The notes: generated by a model not told the origin, from the sequence alone. Counted from the first letter of the whole stretch, positions 25,913-38,979 are shown. The stretch: DNA of 63,033 nucleotides, filler included, from Craspedostauros australis (GCA_030167865.1; 16 parts of 16 records of this genome joined end to end with filler, not necessarily neighbours in it); one strand, 5' to 3'. Numbers and translations: made by a program.

Positions 25913-26223
25913 TACTCCTTCATTTCGCAGCACCAAACAGTTTGGCCTGGAGACCCCGTTCGACAGTTCAGGCAATGGTACCTTGACGAGTTCGTGNACA
26001 CATAGCATCTGCCNNGTTNCCCTCTNGTCATGAACCTGGNGATCCCCTGCTTTGTATGGTCAATCTTCCTGTTCCGGAATCTACCTGGGTGCTTTACCAA
26101 GTGGTGGCCATTGATCAAGTCTGCTCGGTGCCACTCAGCCACCTGTGTCGTCGCATGGGCCAGACTGTCGGTTGTCAACAAAGACAAGGAGCCACCATTG
26201 CCATCACATTGCACTTCCAATGG

Positions 26224-27732
26224 CTAGTCGCTTCTCATCCTGGCAAATGAGCTTGGTGGATCAGGGGCTTCGTTGTTGTGGAGCATGTCCTTGACCATCA
26301 TGTTCACGAAATCNNNNNNNNNNNNNNNNNNNNNNNNNNNNNNNNNNNNNNNNNNNNNNNNNNNNNNNNNNNNNNNNNNNNNNNNNGTTATCCCAAAGAG
26401 AGTCGTGACAAGCCTGAAGTATCCGTCGCGTGTGGGCCAAGTTCTCTCCAGACCGAGGATGTCCTGTCGAGCCTGGTTGTGGACGTCAACCTTGTTACAG
26501 CTTTCGAAGTACTTCGAAGCGACACTCGGCCCATCCACTTTCTTCGTCATGGGGCGCCCATCGTCCGAGATCCACTTCGACAAATACGGCGCCCCGTGGC
26601 CTGCACGCCCAGCTCCTGCGGAAAAGACGAAGCAGAGTACCTTGACCTTGCAGTACTTGTACCCCAGTGCGTAGTACTTGTGGCCACCACACTTGCTTTC
26701 CATCAGCAGCTGGCTTCCGGATGGCCACGCCTTCATTGTGGTCTCCAGGAAGACTTTGGGGTACAACCGATGAGCCGTCTTCACGATGCCGATGAACTTC
26801 GCACCCAGCTCTGTTTCAAGCGCCTTGGTGGCCTCTACAGACGCAAACCACGAGTCTCCCAGGAAGATGCTCTTGCCCTGTTCGAACTGCGGATCATCCG
26901 GAGATTTCGAAGGATCGGTGCAGACGTTGGTTGCTGCTGCCATGTGAAGGGTGCATGCGGCGTTCTTGCCCTTCATCCTGTCGAGGAAGGCCGCACCCTC
27001 CATGCCCTCCTTGCCCCGTTGGATCTCCAAGAACAGCATGATCCCTGTCTCTCCGTTGGCGACGGTCTTGAATTCCACGCCCAGCGGCTCAGGTTTGCGG
27101 TGGACGAAGGATAGGTGAGGAAGGTTCCCATTCTTGGTTGTTTGTGGCTTGAAGGCACTCATGGATTCATCCATCACCTTCAGTGTGCTCGCGCACATGA
27201 TCTCTGCCCGCTTCGCGTTGAAAGCATCCACACCTGGTTGAATTTGCCACCATGGATCCGAGAATTGCTTGGATGTATCCGCGAAGATGTGTGGGATCAG
27301 TGATTTTCGGATGGCACGAAACCAATAATTCTTCATGTGGTCGGTGACGACCATTGGCTGTTTGAATCCTTCAGTGTCTCTGTCGCCCCACAGGCAGGAT
27401 GTGCCTTTGATAGTGCCCAGAAGGAGCAATCCAAAGAACACCCAAAACTTGTGATGAGATATGAGGTGACTGTCAATCTGATCCTCCGATATTCTTGTGG
27501 GAAGTTGCCTTGTGATAATCCTTTGATGGAGCTTGTCAACCTGGGCCTTCGAGTCGCCAGGCCACATGTGCTGTAGGAGATGCAGCATGTTGATATGTTG
27601 GTACCTGCTGTCTCTGCCCCTGCCTGCAACGGCTAGGTTGGCAAAGTCAAAGTTTGCAACCCCCACCCACTCCCGCAAAGATCCATCTTTGGGGCTGCCA
27701 ATGTGGTCATCTGGTACAACCTTCCATGTCAT
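26224..27732 (-). mobile_element. piggyBac-like DDD transposase, probably degenerate; fragmented frames extend to ~28412 and ~25915
   Basis: Catalytic motifs VMDESM, FLGDSWFASV, NKVDVHNQAR; RKPEPLGVEFK; FIGIVKTAH. Confidence 0.9.
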
Positions 27733-29308
27733 TACGTCAGCTCAAGATCCCATGCTGATGGAGGTGTTGTTGGAGATCAGTGTGGCCTTCTCTGTGTGAT
27801 GTGGTTCGTAGTGGAGGGTTTGTTCCTCTATCTCAATTGCATAATTCAACACGTTGTTGTCAAAGTTGTTGTTGATGTTGCAATCCATAGATGCGTCATC
27901 CTCCGGCTCTTTGGATCTGCCATCAATACTGACTTCGTTGGTTGGGAAGTTGCGACCGGAACATTGGTCAGGTGAATGTTGATGGGAGGAGAGTTCAGTG
28001 GTAGAGAAGTTGCAGCCAGATCATTGCTCAGGAGAATGTTGCTGGATGGAGAGTTCATCCCAACACCCAAGTCTTGGCTGACTGCAGGCGCATCCGCCGG
28101 TCCAGTGATCGCCTCTGGTGGCGGGAGGAATCTGTGGCTCTTCGCGAAAGCATCCAACGCCGCAACTCCTTTTCCGACGAAGATGGTTTGAATGTATTCT
28201 TCGACCTTGGTGTCAGGAAGTGGACTTTCATCACCTTCCAGGCGAATGAGGGTTTGGGAACTGTGTTTGGTATACGACACCCAAGGATTCCCAGTGGACG
28301 ATCCAGTTGTGTTTGGGAAGAACCTTGATTGTGTGTCCCACAATGTAGTCATGCTGTTTGCGAGGTGCGTTGGACCAACGAGGCCTGCATCTGCCAGTGA
28401 GCTTGGGGCCAAGAGTGATCCTCATGTTGATGTTGTTTGTGTTGTGGAGATGTTGGGCAGGGGATGATCAGAATGTGTGTGATGAAAGTGTTCATGTCTC
28501 AATCAAATGTTGTGTGCATGTTGATGTGCAAGAAGTGATACAGCGTCATGCCCCAACAAATCGANNNNNNNNNNNNNNNNNNNNNNNNNNNNNNNNNNNN
28601 NNNNNNNNTTAATTAATTAANNNNNNNNNNNNNNNNNNNNNNNNNNNNNNNNNNNNNNNNNNNNGGCTGGGTGACAGCCAGCTGACATCGACCTCGTCAA
28701 GTCCACATTCGATGAACCATTCCATCGTCTGCATGCTGAAGACAAAGATGCAGGACGCCCCCTCCTACAGACACAGACGTTCCAGATAGCCAAGCATGGC
28801 ATCACTGAGTCTTCGTTGTACTTCGCACGTAACGTTTCCTCGATGAGCTGGCCTCGGACAGGACAAGTTTGAAGTACTCGGCGAGTTGTACGGCCAGAAC
28901 GCCAGTGCCTTCGTATGGACTTCTGGACAGAGTGGTTGAGACTGCAGCCAAGTTGTGTGGTTCATCTTCGGATATGCTCCCTTGAAGTCATGGGCGAAGG
29001 TACCATATCATGCTATACTAGCACATGGAAGTACGAGAATGCACAACTGGCAAGGCGCAGCACAGCACAGGATGCAAACGATTGTTCCATGACTGTATTG
29101 TAACATGTATTTTATTCTTGGATCATCATGCCATATGCAACGATGGAGTTGAGTTGAGCCATTCGTTCTGAATATGGATCGCATCCGTGCTGTCTTGCCG
29201 CTGCGGAAGATGCGACCGTATGAGCATGGGCGTACATGTGGACANNNNNNNNNNNNNNNNNNNNNNNNCCTGTTCGCGCCCTGAGAGTGCGGTCTGCCAT
29301 TTCATTTT

Positions 29309-31669
29309 TCAAGAGCATGCATCGTTATTTTGTCCAGGGCAGTCGTTGGATGGGCTGTCGATGGTGTAGGTCTGGCCAGGAGAGCCGCTGCATATGTCTG
29401 TCGCCACACAGTCCTGACAGTTGCTTGGAGCCGCGCAGGTGTTCGCTGCCACGACCAGATCATCAACCGCCAAGTTGGAGTTTGCAACACCGTTACAGCT
29501 GTCTCGTGACAAGCATGTGCCACTGCCGATGGTGATACCACCGAGAGTCTTGAACGGGCCAGCGTGAACATTCTGACTAGCGCGTTGTCCCTGACAAGTG
29601 TTCATCCCCACATTGATGTTGGCAAGAGTAGGTGTGGCGATACTGGGAGACTGGTCGGCGCAAATTCCAAGGCCTTTGCAGCCGTCCCCGCCATTTCATC
29701 CTGCGTGTTGGGTCCGGATGTTACCATAGATGTTCTGCCCAAGATTCTCGCAGCTGTTTGTGCTGGTTCATGCGGCTGGCCCGATGATCTGGTAGCCAAT
29801 GGTGGCCGTGGCACTGGAAGGGCTGGAAAAAGATCCAAGATTCTTGCAGGATTTTGGCCCCAGACAGCTGCTGAGGATGATGGCATCCTTCAAAACCTCT
29901 TTGCAGGAACTATCACTTGCACATGAGTCCAGGGTGATGGTGATGTCGCTCCTGAGAGTCCAACCGAGAGTTCCTCAGCGGCAGGCCCCGCCCACAGCAC
30001 CGCATCTCGTGGATAGGCTTGCGGCGTTCGCAGTGAGAAGGATGCCATCGCCTTCGAGAGTAGTGAGGATGGCTGCGATTGCTTGGGGGTCATTCTTGAT
30101 GTGATGGAATCGCACCTGCACCTGTCCCTGCGACGTCCGGCTGCCTTGATCGTCATCGCATCCGAAGATGCTTTTCACGAACCTGTCCTTGTCCGTTGGG
30201 AGAGACTCGTTGTCATTGACGAATTGTGCGCATGTGCCCACATCATCATCGCAGAGGACGACTGGTCTGGAGGTGAAGCCCGCAGCAACCTCCCCAGCCT
30301 CATTCAAGCAAAGGGTCTGCAGGGTGGTCTTGTTGATGGTNNNNNNNNNNNNNNNNNNNNAAGTTGACAGATCGGATGGCTGCTCTGTCGGAATCATCAT
30401 TGGGGTATCGCTTGTCAGCGGAGAAGGGGGCGAAAGTTGGGCAATCTGTTGGGCGGTGGTCTTTGTTGATGCAGAATTGATCGACCCTTTTCACTGGTTG
30501 GGTCGCCATCAACATCTTTGGGGCAGGCGACGGCAGCATCGTAGATAATGAAGACTTCGTCGCTGTCGCAGTTGGTTTTTGTCATGCATTCGTAGCATGC
30601 GCCGCTGCTGTCACAGCCATATTCTGGCACAATGATGTCAGTCGTCATTGAGTCACCGAATCCCAATCCTGCGCAAGCGTAGGCTGNGGCGCAGGCATTG
30701 TCGCTGATGATCAAGCTGCCCTGAATCTTCCCAGCTGACGGCGACGGTGTGCATGTGCAGTCGTAGTAAAAGCTCGCATGGGCTCCGGTGCATGCAAACT
30801 CACCAAGGCATGCATTGAACCCAATTCTGACGTGGCTCTGGGAACGGCTGGGCCTGTACTGTTCAATGCGGTAGCCATCGCCCGCACAGGCGTAAGGTCC
30901 AACGCAGGCGCCACTTTGTATGATGACGTCTCTGTAGGAATAATCGCCAACGAGGGTGCACGAAAGATAATCAGTGCAGGCCAGTTGACCAATGAAGGTG
31001 ACGCCGTACTTTGGGTGAGGACCATAGGAATCGGAAACATAAAGAGAGTTCATGCTGGCGCATGCCCCTTTGCTGGTACAGGATGAATCCAGGACTAATG
31101 GGTTTAGTCCCATCCTGTCGCAAGATCCAGACCCAATGCAGGCAGTGGTGGCAATGGTCATGAAACTGTAACCGTCGGCACTGGTACAGTGATACTCCTC
31201 TGCACAGCATGGAGCCCCGGCGTCCTGGCACGCGTAGTAGATGTCCTCGCCACCGAGAGCTGTGAGCAGAGTGGTGCCGGCGGCGGACAATAGCGTCAGC
31301 TCCTCAGCTAGCAAGGGGTTGGACGCATATCGGTTGAATAGCTTGCGCACATCCCCCTTGGTCAAGATGCCAGCGCATGCGAAGTAATTCTGCAATCCTG
31401 GTGTGCTTCGAACAGCAGTGACGGCCTCGCGGCACGAAGTCTTGGATGGATTGCAGATGATGGCATTTGGGTCGAATGCCTCCGGCGGAAAGCATGGCGG
31501 CGCAACATCTGGCTTGCAGGCCACGGAGATGCTGGAATCAAATGCAAACGAGGCGGTAGTTGATGCAGATGTAGGCCCCGATGCTGGCATGCTGGTTGCT
31601 CCGCCTGTTGGCTGGTCGGTCGGTGATGAGGTAGGCCTCAAGGTTGGATTGCTGGTCGCCGAGGCAACT
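29309..31669 (-). pseudogene. Cys-rich repeat protein with Pro-Thr linkers and two similar modules; apparently frameshifted; 5' truncated
   Basis: ORF 30415-31641 has repeated I..ACxGxxAC units; similar units continue in other frames (29975-30400, 29309-29611). Confidence 0.6.
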
Positions 31670-31769
31670 NNNNNNNNNNNNNNNNNNNNNNNNNNNNNNN
31701 NNNNNNNNNNNNNTTAATTAATTAANNNNNNNNNNNNNNNNNNNNNNNNNNNNNNNNNNNNNNNNNNNN

Positions 31770-33337
31770 TGGAGCATAACACCAGGGACCAGGAAAACAA
31801 ACACAGTAGAAACATGTAAAGATAGTATTCTACAAAATGAATGCAAACACCGACACAGCACCGACGTCAACGGGTGTCAACCATAGAAAAGATACAGAAG
31901 TGAGGCCAACATCAGCAACAATGGCAGGAAAAGCAATGGTAAATCATAAGGAGACTGCTAACGGCATAAGCAGAGGAGGACAGTCACAAACAAGGGCTGT
32001 CAAGACCATGCCAAGGAAGGCTGGGAGCAAGAAACGGGATAAGATGCTGACACTTGTGGAAGGAGAAAACNNNNNNNNNNNNNNNNNNNNNNNNNNNNNN
32101 NNNNNNNNNNNNNNNNNNNNNNNNNNNNNAGAAATCCACAAGGTAGCTGTTTCGTTCTCCTACCGTGAAGTGATGGCAGAGGAAGGCAGGTCGATCCATA
32201 TCCTGGTGAAAGGGATGATGAATCAACAATAACGGTGGACCGGGAAGGCGACTGCAAAAACAGGACACACTATCCCAGTGCAGGAAGTGCAGGTGTTCAT
32301 CTGCATGGTCATCGATGGAAGAAAAGAAAAATTTGGTGTGGCGCAAGTGCCCAAAACAGACGAACGACGACAGCAGATCCAACAACTCGCTGCTGACTTG
32401 AGCATGACAGATCCAAACATGGTGCTGAAAGACATGATGATTCCCAATTCAGGAGGGCTCCTGAGGAAGACTGAGATCANNNNNNNNNNNNNNNNNNNNN
32501 NNNNNNNNNNNNNNNNNNNNNNNNNNGACATCACGTTCGTTCCCCAAGGCAAAGATGCGGTAATGGGGGAAACCGAAAGCAGCATGATGAGCACAACCGC
32601 AGAAGGGAGCGGAAAGAAGTGAAAGACGAGAGATAGCGACATCGTCCAACCAAGAAACCTCAAGCAGAAGAAAATCAAATTCATGACCAGCACACCAACC
32701 GCGATAGAGGTGGAGGGACAGCNNNTTTGGCAAAGGCGATGGAGCACAACACAAGTAGTGAGAGTGAGGAGTCCGACAAAGATGAGGAGTCATGCAAGAG
32801 TGAAGGGAGCACAAGCAGTGCAAAAACGGATGAAGACAGTGATAACGATGCATCCGTGGAGAGCAAGACCACGCATACGCTGAAGAAAGGCATGGTAGTG
32901 AAGAGATTTGACATGACAGTACTGGTCAAATCAGGCCGCAATCCAGTGAAGAGGTATCTGAAGCCACTTAACAATGGCTAGGGGCGCTCAAGGATCACGC
33001 CGACACGATCTTCCTCATAGTGTGGAAGGTGCAAGACACCACTGAGGTGATTGGCAAAGCCAACCAATTTCCATCAACTGAGAAGGAGCTGATGGTGTAC
33101 GTGAGCAGGATGAAGGCAACATTGAATGGTCGAACAGTGGCAGCACAAGTGCGTATTGCTATGACATGTGATCCAAAGGACATCGTGTCAAAGTCAGGAT
33201 CGCAGCTGAGTTTCTTCTACCAGTCGACTGGACAGACTCTGTACAAGAGACTACTGGATGAAGCGGAGTACACAAAGCAAATTGGAATGCTCACCTACAT
33301 GGGGAACTTTTCCAATGGACCTGCTATATGTGCCATC
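31770..33337 (+). mobile_element. Probable degenerate ORF1 of a non-LTR retrotransposon
   Basis: Fragmented frames, acidic low-complexity stretch, then LYKRLL..IGMLTY segment reminiscent of diatom LINE ORF1; CpG-poor by eye. Confidence 0.4.
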
Positions 33338-34404
33338 NNNNNNNNNNNNNNNNNNNNNNNNNNNNNNNNNNNNNNNNNNNNTTAATTAATTAANNNNNNN
33401 NNNNNNNNNNNNNNNNNNNNNNNNNNNNNNNNNNNNNTCGACGAAAGTACTCAGGATTAGGTGAAAGTACTGTTTCGATGAATAACCGAAATAACGGTTA
33501 TTACCTATTATTTAACGTCCTCAATGGTGTCAACGGAGTTTGACTAATCAGAATAATACATTGGTGCACAAATGCCACGTCAGCATTGACATTCTTGGAC
33601 GTTTCTTCGATCGTTTCGTCGAAATTCCCGTGTCTTGCAGAGAAACAAGTTGGCGCGAAACCAGAATGGATCTGTCGTGCAGTGAATCACGAATGGATCG
33701 TGACAGAATCAATGGGAAGTGGGAACAACAAGGCGAGACCAAATCCGCATCGGGATGCCACTCGCATTCTTATCATGCGTATGTACATGGATCGAAGGAA
33801 ACTGAAGGAGCTACCTCCTCTCATCTACCGTTGGGGTTCATGCGATTGAAGACTTGTGACACTACTCGAAGTCTATTGTGTTCGCAACAAGACAATGACT
33901 GGGGCACGCTGGTCCTCGGCAACGCCGTCGTCCCAACGGAATGGCGGCAGAATATTGAAATGACATCCATGAGATTAGCACCGATCCAGCACGATCCTAT
34001 CCACTGATGCTGGTATCGCGCCCAAGCGGGCGCATTGCGCCGTACGAAAACAAGAGCTGTGGGCGGGACCGCTGATGCTTTCCCCTGCGCATTGTCGAAC
34101 GCCGCTTGCAAGGCATACAGCGTCTTCCACACCGCATCAACTTGCAGCATTTGAAACAATCTCGTGGTTTGCCTGTTGATTCTGAATCATGACGGGGTGT
34201 GAAGCGCATTGCGTCAGTAGAGATGCATGTTCTCACGTGGAACGTTACTTTGCCAACGATAGATCGCGTCCCTTGTGTGATGCCATCCTGTCTGTGTTTG
34301 GTGGATGATCAACGCCGCCTGATTTCGAAGTTGCTTGCGGTTCGAGCGTTGGTACAGTAATCCAAGGTATCATGGGTCATCCAATGGAAATGCACTTGTT
34401 TTCT

Positions 34405-34485
34405 GATGCCTCTCCTCTCTTCAGCCGATGTGCACATGCGACGAGCCTTGTCCACACCTTCGTCATTCGAGAGAAGCAAATGCAT
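34405..34485 (-). promoter_or_regulatory. Candidate eukaryotic SECIS element in the msrB 3' UTR
   Basis: Minus strand UUCUCUCga-AUGA-CGAAGGUGUGGAC-AA-ggcucgucgcau-GUGCACAUCGGC-UGA-AGAGAGGAGA: AUGA/GA core, 9 of 12 pairs in helix II, AA at the loop, CUCUC/GAGAG helix I. Confidence 0.7.
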
Positions 34486-34631
34486 CATGACCATTGAATG
34501 CATGACGTCACGGAGTAGAGTAGGGTAGTGTCGAGTCCAGTCCATGTACTCTGCCCCTGCCCCAATTATGTTGGGAAGGTGTCGAGGTCGGCTTGCTCGA
34601 GCAACCACGGCATCAATGCTGCTGTCCACAC

Positions 34632-35387
34632 CTAGTAGTACGTCCGATAGCTGTGATCGCTGGTTGCATTTGGCAGCCGATCCTCCTTGGTGATATCTTT
34701 GGGCAGATCATCTGTGCATGCCTTGTAGACAACACAGATGCTGTTGATTCAGTGCCGTTGCCGACTTTCAACCTCGTGCGTTGGGAAGATGTGTCCCAGA
34801 TGTGATCCGCAGTTGTTGCAGCAGACCTGTGCCACCATACTCGTGTGTCGAATAATGTGAAAGGGAAGGGGAGATGTGAGTAGCAGCGTAAATAGGTTAC
34901 AGCACCGGTAAGAATTCATGCGTAGAACAGCACAGTGTGGACAACAAAGCACAGACTGAAGCGAGCACAGCCACAATTATAGTCACAATCGCGGACATGC
35001 GAAGAGCAATAGAGTACGAGCATGAGTGACGTCGGCACTGACCTCGCTGTCTTCTCGAACGCCAACATGAGGGCCGCTGTTGTAGTAGCACTTGGAGTAT
35101 GCATCCCAACCTTCATCCGCGAACTTGGATGCTGCCGAGTACAGCGGGTGACCGCATGCCTTGCAGACGAAGTATCCAGACTTGGGGAAGAAGGAACAGA
35201 ATTCGCCTTTGCCCCAATCCTCTGTTCCGCCCTGCCGAAGAACGTGGAACTCTTCCTCCGTCAGTTGCTTGCGCCATTCGTCTTCGGATTGGCGGAATGG
35301 GTACGTCATCTTCTCCATCACGTCACTCGATTCTGCAGCATGGTCCGCGAGGCTTGCGAGGCCGACTTCGCCAGTATCGTCGTCCAT
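34632..35387 (-). CDS. msrB: Methionine-R-sulfoxide reductase MsrB/SelR, predicted selenoprotein; exons 35387-35043 and 34826-34632, UGA at 34749-34751
   Basis: [31 protein letters not shown]; phase-0 GT-AG intron gives [23 protein letters not shown]; frame stays open to TAG at 34632-34634; start codon uncertain. Confidence 0.9.
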
Positions 35388-35836
35388 CCTTGGGGTGTCG
35401 GAGGGAAGAGCAAGGAATGAGGAGTGATCGAGAGACCGAAGAACAGCATGTTTGTGCTGCGGGAGCACTCGATTGATGTGTGAACGCTAACATCAAACAA
35501 ACACACATCAACACACTATGGACTCGTACGACTTCACTCTAATCGTGTTGCATGTGTTTTGCGTGATCCATTCAACCAATCAAAAGACCGTTTTGGGACT
35601 GATCGCGTTGGTCGGCCATGTTGAAAAGAAGAGAATGCTCAAATCTTGTGGAATCGCGAGCGATGGGTCGTGATCTTGACGTTTCGGGGTGGCGGTAGCG
35701 ACGACAACGCCTGCGACGTGCACAACACTCGTACAAACAGGAGCGCCTTCGTTTGGTCAATCAGTCCACACGAGGCGTGTCAGTTCATCATACGAGCTGC
35801 GCATACCATATCCCTAATGAGATTTTGGGCCCCCGA

Positions 35837-35900
35837 TGTGACAAATTTGGCACTTCACATTGATGTGACAAATTTGGATCGATGTGCCACATTTGTCACA
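35837..35900. promoter_or_regulatory. Three TGACAAATTTGG(CAC)-like motifs (two direct, one inverted) upstream of msrB
   Basis: Copies at 35839, 35866 and reverse at 35884-35900; function inferred from position only. Confidence 0.5.
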
Positions 35901-36379
35901 TTCTGTGTGTTCGCATCGGCCAGCTGAGGTGGTAATGATAATGTTTTTTCGACTTCCACACAGCGTTATCGTGCAGAGGCGCTTTTGTGTCCTCAAAACT
36001 TTTGATTTTTGTTTCTCCAGGATTGGCGTTTGTGCTTCGGTTGGTTTCCGACGACGGTGAGACTATTCGATGCTTCACGGAACTTGTTTCAGTGCTATTT
36101 CCAAGCGAAGTCTGTGATTTTCATCCAATCATTGTCTTTCAACAGTGTCTATGCACGAAGCGTTCCGGCTTGTTGATAAATAATTCATATATGGGGTATG
36201 TCCTTAGGGTTCTGAATTCCTTATGTGGCCTTGTTTGCAGCGGAAATTGCCTGCGCCAGAAGGTTCCAGTTAAACAATGAGAGAAGCCACCACACTGGAG
36301 GACCATGTTGGTCTGGCATGCGATCTTGCCACCTACACGTGGAGGCCAACGAGCGCTGTTGATGCGAACCCAAAAGAAG

Positions 36380-36411
36380 TGACAAATTTGGCACATGTGC
36401 CAAATTTGTCA
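36380..36411. promoter_or_regulatory. Perfect 32-bp palindrome built from the same motif
   Basis: TGACAAATTTGGCACA-TGTGCCAAATTTGTCA, ~125 bp upstream of the ATG at 36535. Confidence 0.6.
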
Positions 36412-36534
36412 GCAAAAAACTCATTAGGGATATTCTTCACAGAGCTGTCTCATACACGCACACGCACCATACCTATCATACTCGTGATGCACAGTGTCGA
36501 CGATACTCGTACCTTCGCAATTCAGATCAGTACG

Positions 36535-37815
36535 ATGCGGCTCATTATGTGGATCTCGTTGATCGTTTCGACCACAGTTGGCTTCGTCGCCGGATTCCAA
36601 CAGCCTCTGCTCGCTCGTGGCTCTGGCCGATCTTCAGCAACGCTGGCGTTGCCATTCGCATCCCGTCAGCAACCACTCTTCGTTTCCAGCAGCAAAAGTG
36701 GTGGAGATGAGACGTTGACACCTGATGCTCTGGTGGACGTTCTGTTGCAGACGGTGGATGCTAACAATAGGAATGAAGAAGATGGTGACGGGGGTGTCGA
36801 TGGCAGCAACGAGAACGGAGAGGGCGCGATCGTGAACAAATCAAGCTCTTCGAATGGAACATCGACATCAGTGGCCGTCGAGAGCATCGTGAAGCAACTT
36901 GAGGAATTGGAGGTGTTCAATACGACTACTGAGCAAGGTAGCAACAACCAAACAGCCTCGGGAGATAGCGTGTTTTCACCGCTGTTCGGTTACTACGATG
37001 TTGCGTTCACCCTGACCACGAAGGAGAATGACAACCCGGTGGGTGGCAAATGGACGCGTTCGAATGGATTCGCGCAGAAGTTGCTGTCGACAGAACGCAC
37101 GCTCCAGCACATCCTGCCCTACAACACCACTGGACTCTGCAGCAGCGACCCAACCGGCGTTGCAGAAGCGGTCAATGTCATCACGCTGCGTGCATTGTTC
37201 AGTTGGTTCACCATCAACGTCATTTTGCGCGGAGACGCGGTTCCCATATCCAACGACGGCGATGACGATAGCACGGACTTGAGCAGCGCCGCTGTCAGCG
37301 ACAAGAAATCCAAGAAGGCGAGGAAGAAGCCGAAGCTCCTGCCGTTGTCCCCGCGCGCTGTCAAGGCGTACTTCGATTCGCCCCGCATCATCATCACGCG
37401 CACAAAGAACCAGGGCAACGTTCTCAACCTCCGCCTCGGCCCTACATCCGCCGTCGTCCTGGACACGACCTACATTGACCATCGAGTTCGCATCGGCATG
37501 GGTGGCACCTCCGGTACGCGCTTCGTCTTTCGCAAATGCGCACCCGACGATGACGGAGCGCGGCGGTTCTTGCCATTGCTGCAGCATCGACCGGTTCGGA
37601 AATGGAAGCTGTCCGCGGTGCTGTCCTCCATGATCGCGTCATCGCTGTGGATGGGATTCTTCCATTTCAAGCCCTCGCAACGTGCGGTTGCTATCCTTTT
37701 CAAGGCCCTGTCGGTATCGGTATCGTCGGTGTGGGGCCTTATCCTCGCCTTGATCCTCACGGGCACTGGCGGGATCGAAACGGACTGCGAGAGCTACCAA
37801 TCGGGGCTGCGGTGA
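36535..37815 (+). CDS. Plastid-targeted PAP/fibrillin-like protein with C-terminal hydrophobic helices
   Basis: Signal peptide MRLIMWISLIVSTTVGFVAG followed by F (ASAFAP-like); LDTTYIDHRVRIGMGGTSGTRFVFRK resembles the fibrillin C-terminal motif. Confidence 0.7.
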   Translation: MRLIMWISLIVSTTVGFVAGFQQPLLARGSGRSSATLALPFASRQQPLFVSSSKSGGDETLTPDALVDVLLQTVDANNRNEEDGDGGVDGSNENGEGAIVNKSSSSNGTSTSVAVESIVKQLEELEVFNTTTEQGSNNQTASGDSVFSPLFGYYDVAFTLTTKENDNPVGGKWTRSNGFAQKLLSTERTLQHILPYNTTGLCSSDPTGVAEAVNVITLRALFSWFTINVILRGDAVPISNDGDDDSTDLSSAAVSDKKSKKARKKPKLLPLSPRAVKAYFDSPRIIITRTKNQGNVLNLRLGPTSAVVLDTTYIDHRVRIGMGGTSGTRFVFRKCAPDDDGARRFLPLLQHRPVRKWKLSAVLSSMIASSLWMGFFHFKPSQRAVAILFKALSVSVSSVWGLILALILTGTGGIETDCESYQSGLR

Positions 37816-38923
37816 ATCGGAGGGTGAATGCATGAACGTATATTTCGTGTTGTGGGACGAGGGAGTTCGGTGCTAATGGGGCAGATACTCGTAGAGCAGG
37901 GAGGTATCCATAGCATCTCATCACTTCAGGCTATGAACGCTGCAAGCTGAGAGTTCGTGCCGCGAGTGATCGGGACCTTGCATTGCATTGCATCACGACG
38001 CGCGCAAAGCACTGGAGACGAAGGTGCAAAGCAAGCATTGCTCGATGTACAGAATTCGACAACCACGTTGATATGCTGAGAGAGTCAGCCTTGGCCATTC
38101 CTTGACAGATACCCAATCATGATATCGCTGAACCATCGTCCGCCCATACGACATGAGCGTAAATGAAGAGCAGCAAAGCAGGAAGAGCTCTCCGTAAACC
38201 TTGCAAGCATGACTACCCCATCCATCAAATTGCTCTAACCCGTGACTATGTCGGGCTGCGTGGCTACGCTCGGACGAGCTACGATGCAGTTTTGGGGATC
38301 TCAAGGTGTGAACCCTACACGATCATCAAAATTCGGACAAATAACTTCAGCATGCTGTATTGTGCGAGTACCCCAGATTCCGCGCGCGCAAGAATGAGTC
38401 TGTTGCTCGTATCCAATGTTCCACGTGCCATACGAGCAAGCTGTACCTTACTCGTTGCTTCCTGGTCGTGATAAGACTGAGCTCATCTTCGCTTGACGTT
38501 CAGTGCCTGAGATGAGTCCGTGCAAGGACTGAAGAAGCATGGCACGCTGCATCGCAATGTGCTGCGTTTCATTCAGTTGTTCTAAAGCCCCCTCTCGAAA
38601 CCCGCAAAGGCGGCAAGGCAACCTCGTCCAGTGAGGAGCAAGCAACGTTGGTGCGATGTAATATTTTTAGGCAACTACACGCTGGGCGAGTTAGTGATTC
38701 ATTGAAGACAAGAATTGCGTGAATAGCGCGGATAGTTGAGTGTATGATAGTGGGGTAGAATACTCTGGGTTATTGGAGTGTATTCCAATTTATCTTCTTC
38801 GTCCACCCCAACGCTGCTTTCCATGCCGTGCAACGAATGCGGATGTGCACGCACATGCTCACAATTTTATCTATCGCCATTGGTGGGACGGGTCTCTCGG
38901 CTGCAACTGTGTGAATTTGTGTC

Positions 38924-38979
38924 GCGACATATGCTGTGTTGCGACATATGCTGTGTTGCGACATATTCTGTGTTGCGAC
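38924..38979. repeat. 17-bp tandem repeat, ~3 copies (GCGACATATGCTGTGTT)
   Basis: Directly visible. Confidence 0.9.

Noticed and set aside
36277..36534. N-terminal 86 aa of the 512-aa ORF
   Set aside because: Spans the palindrome; the signal peptide begins at ATG 36535
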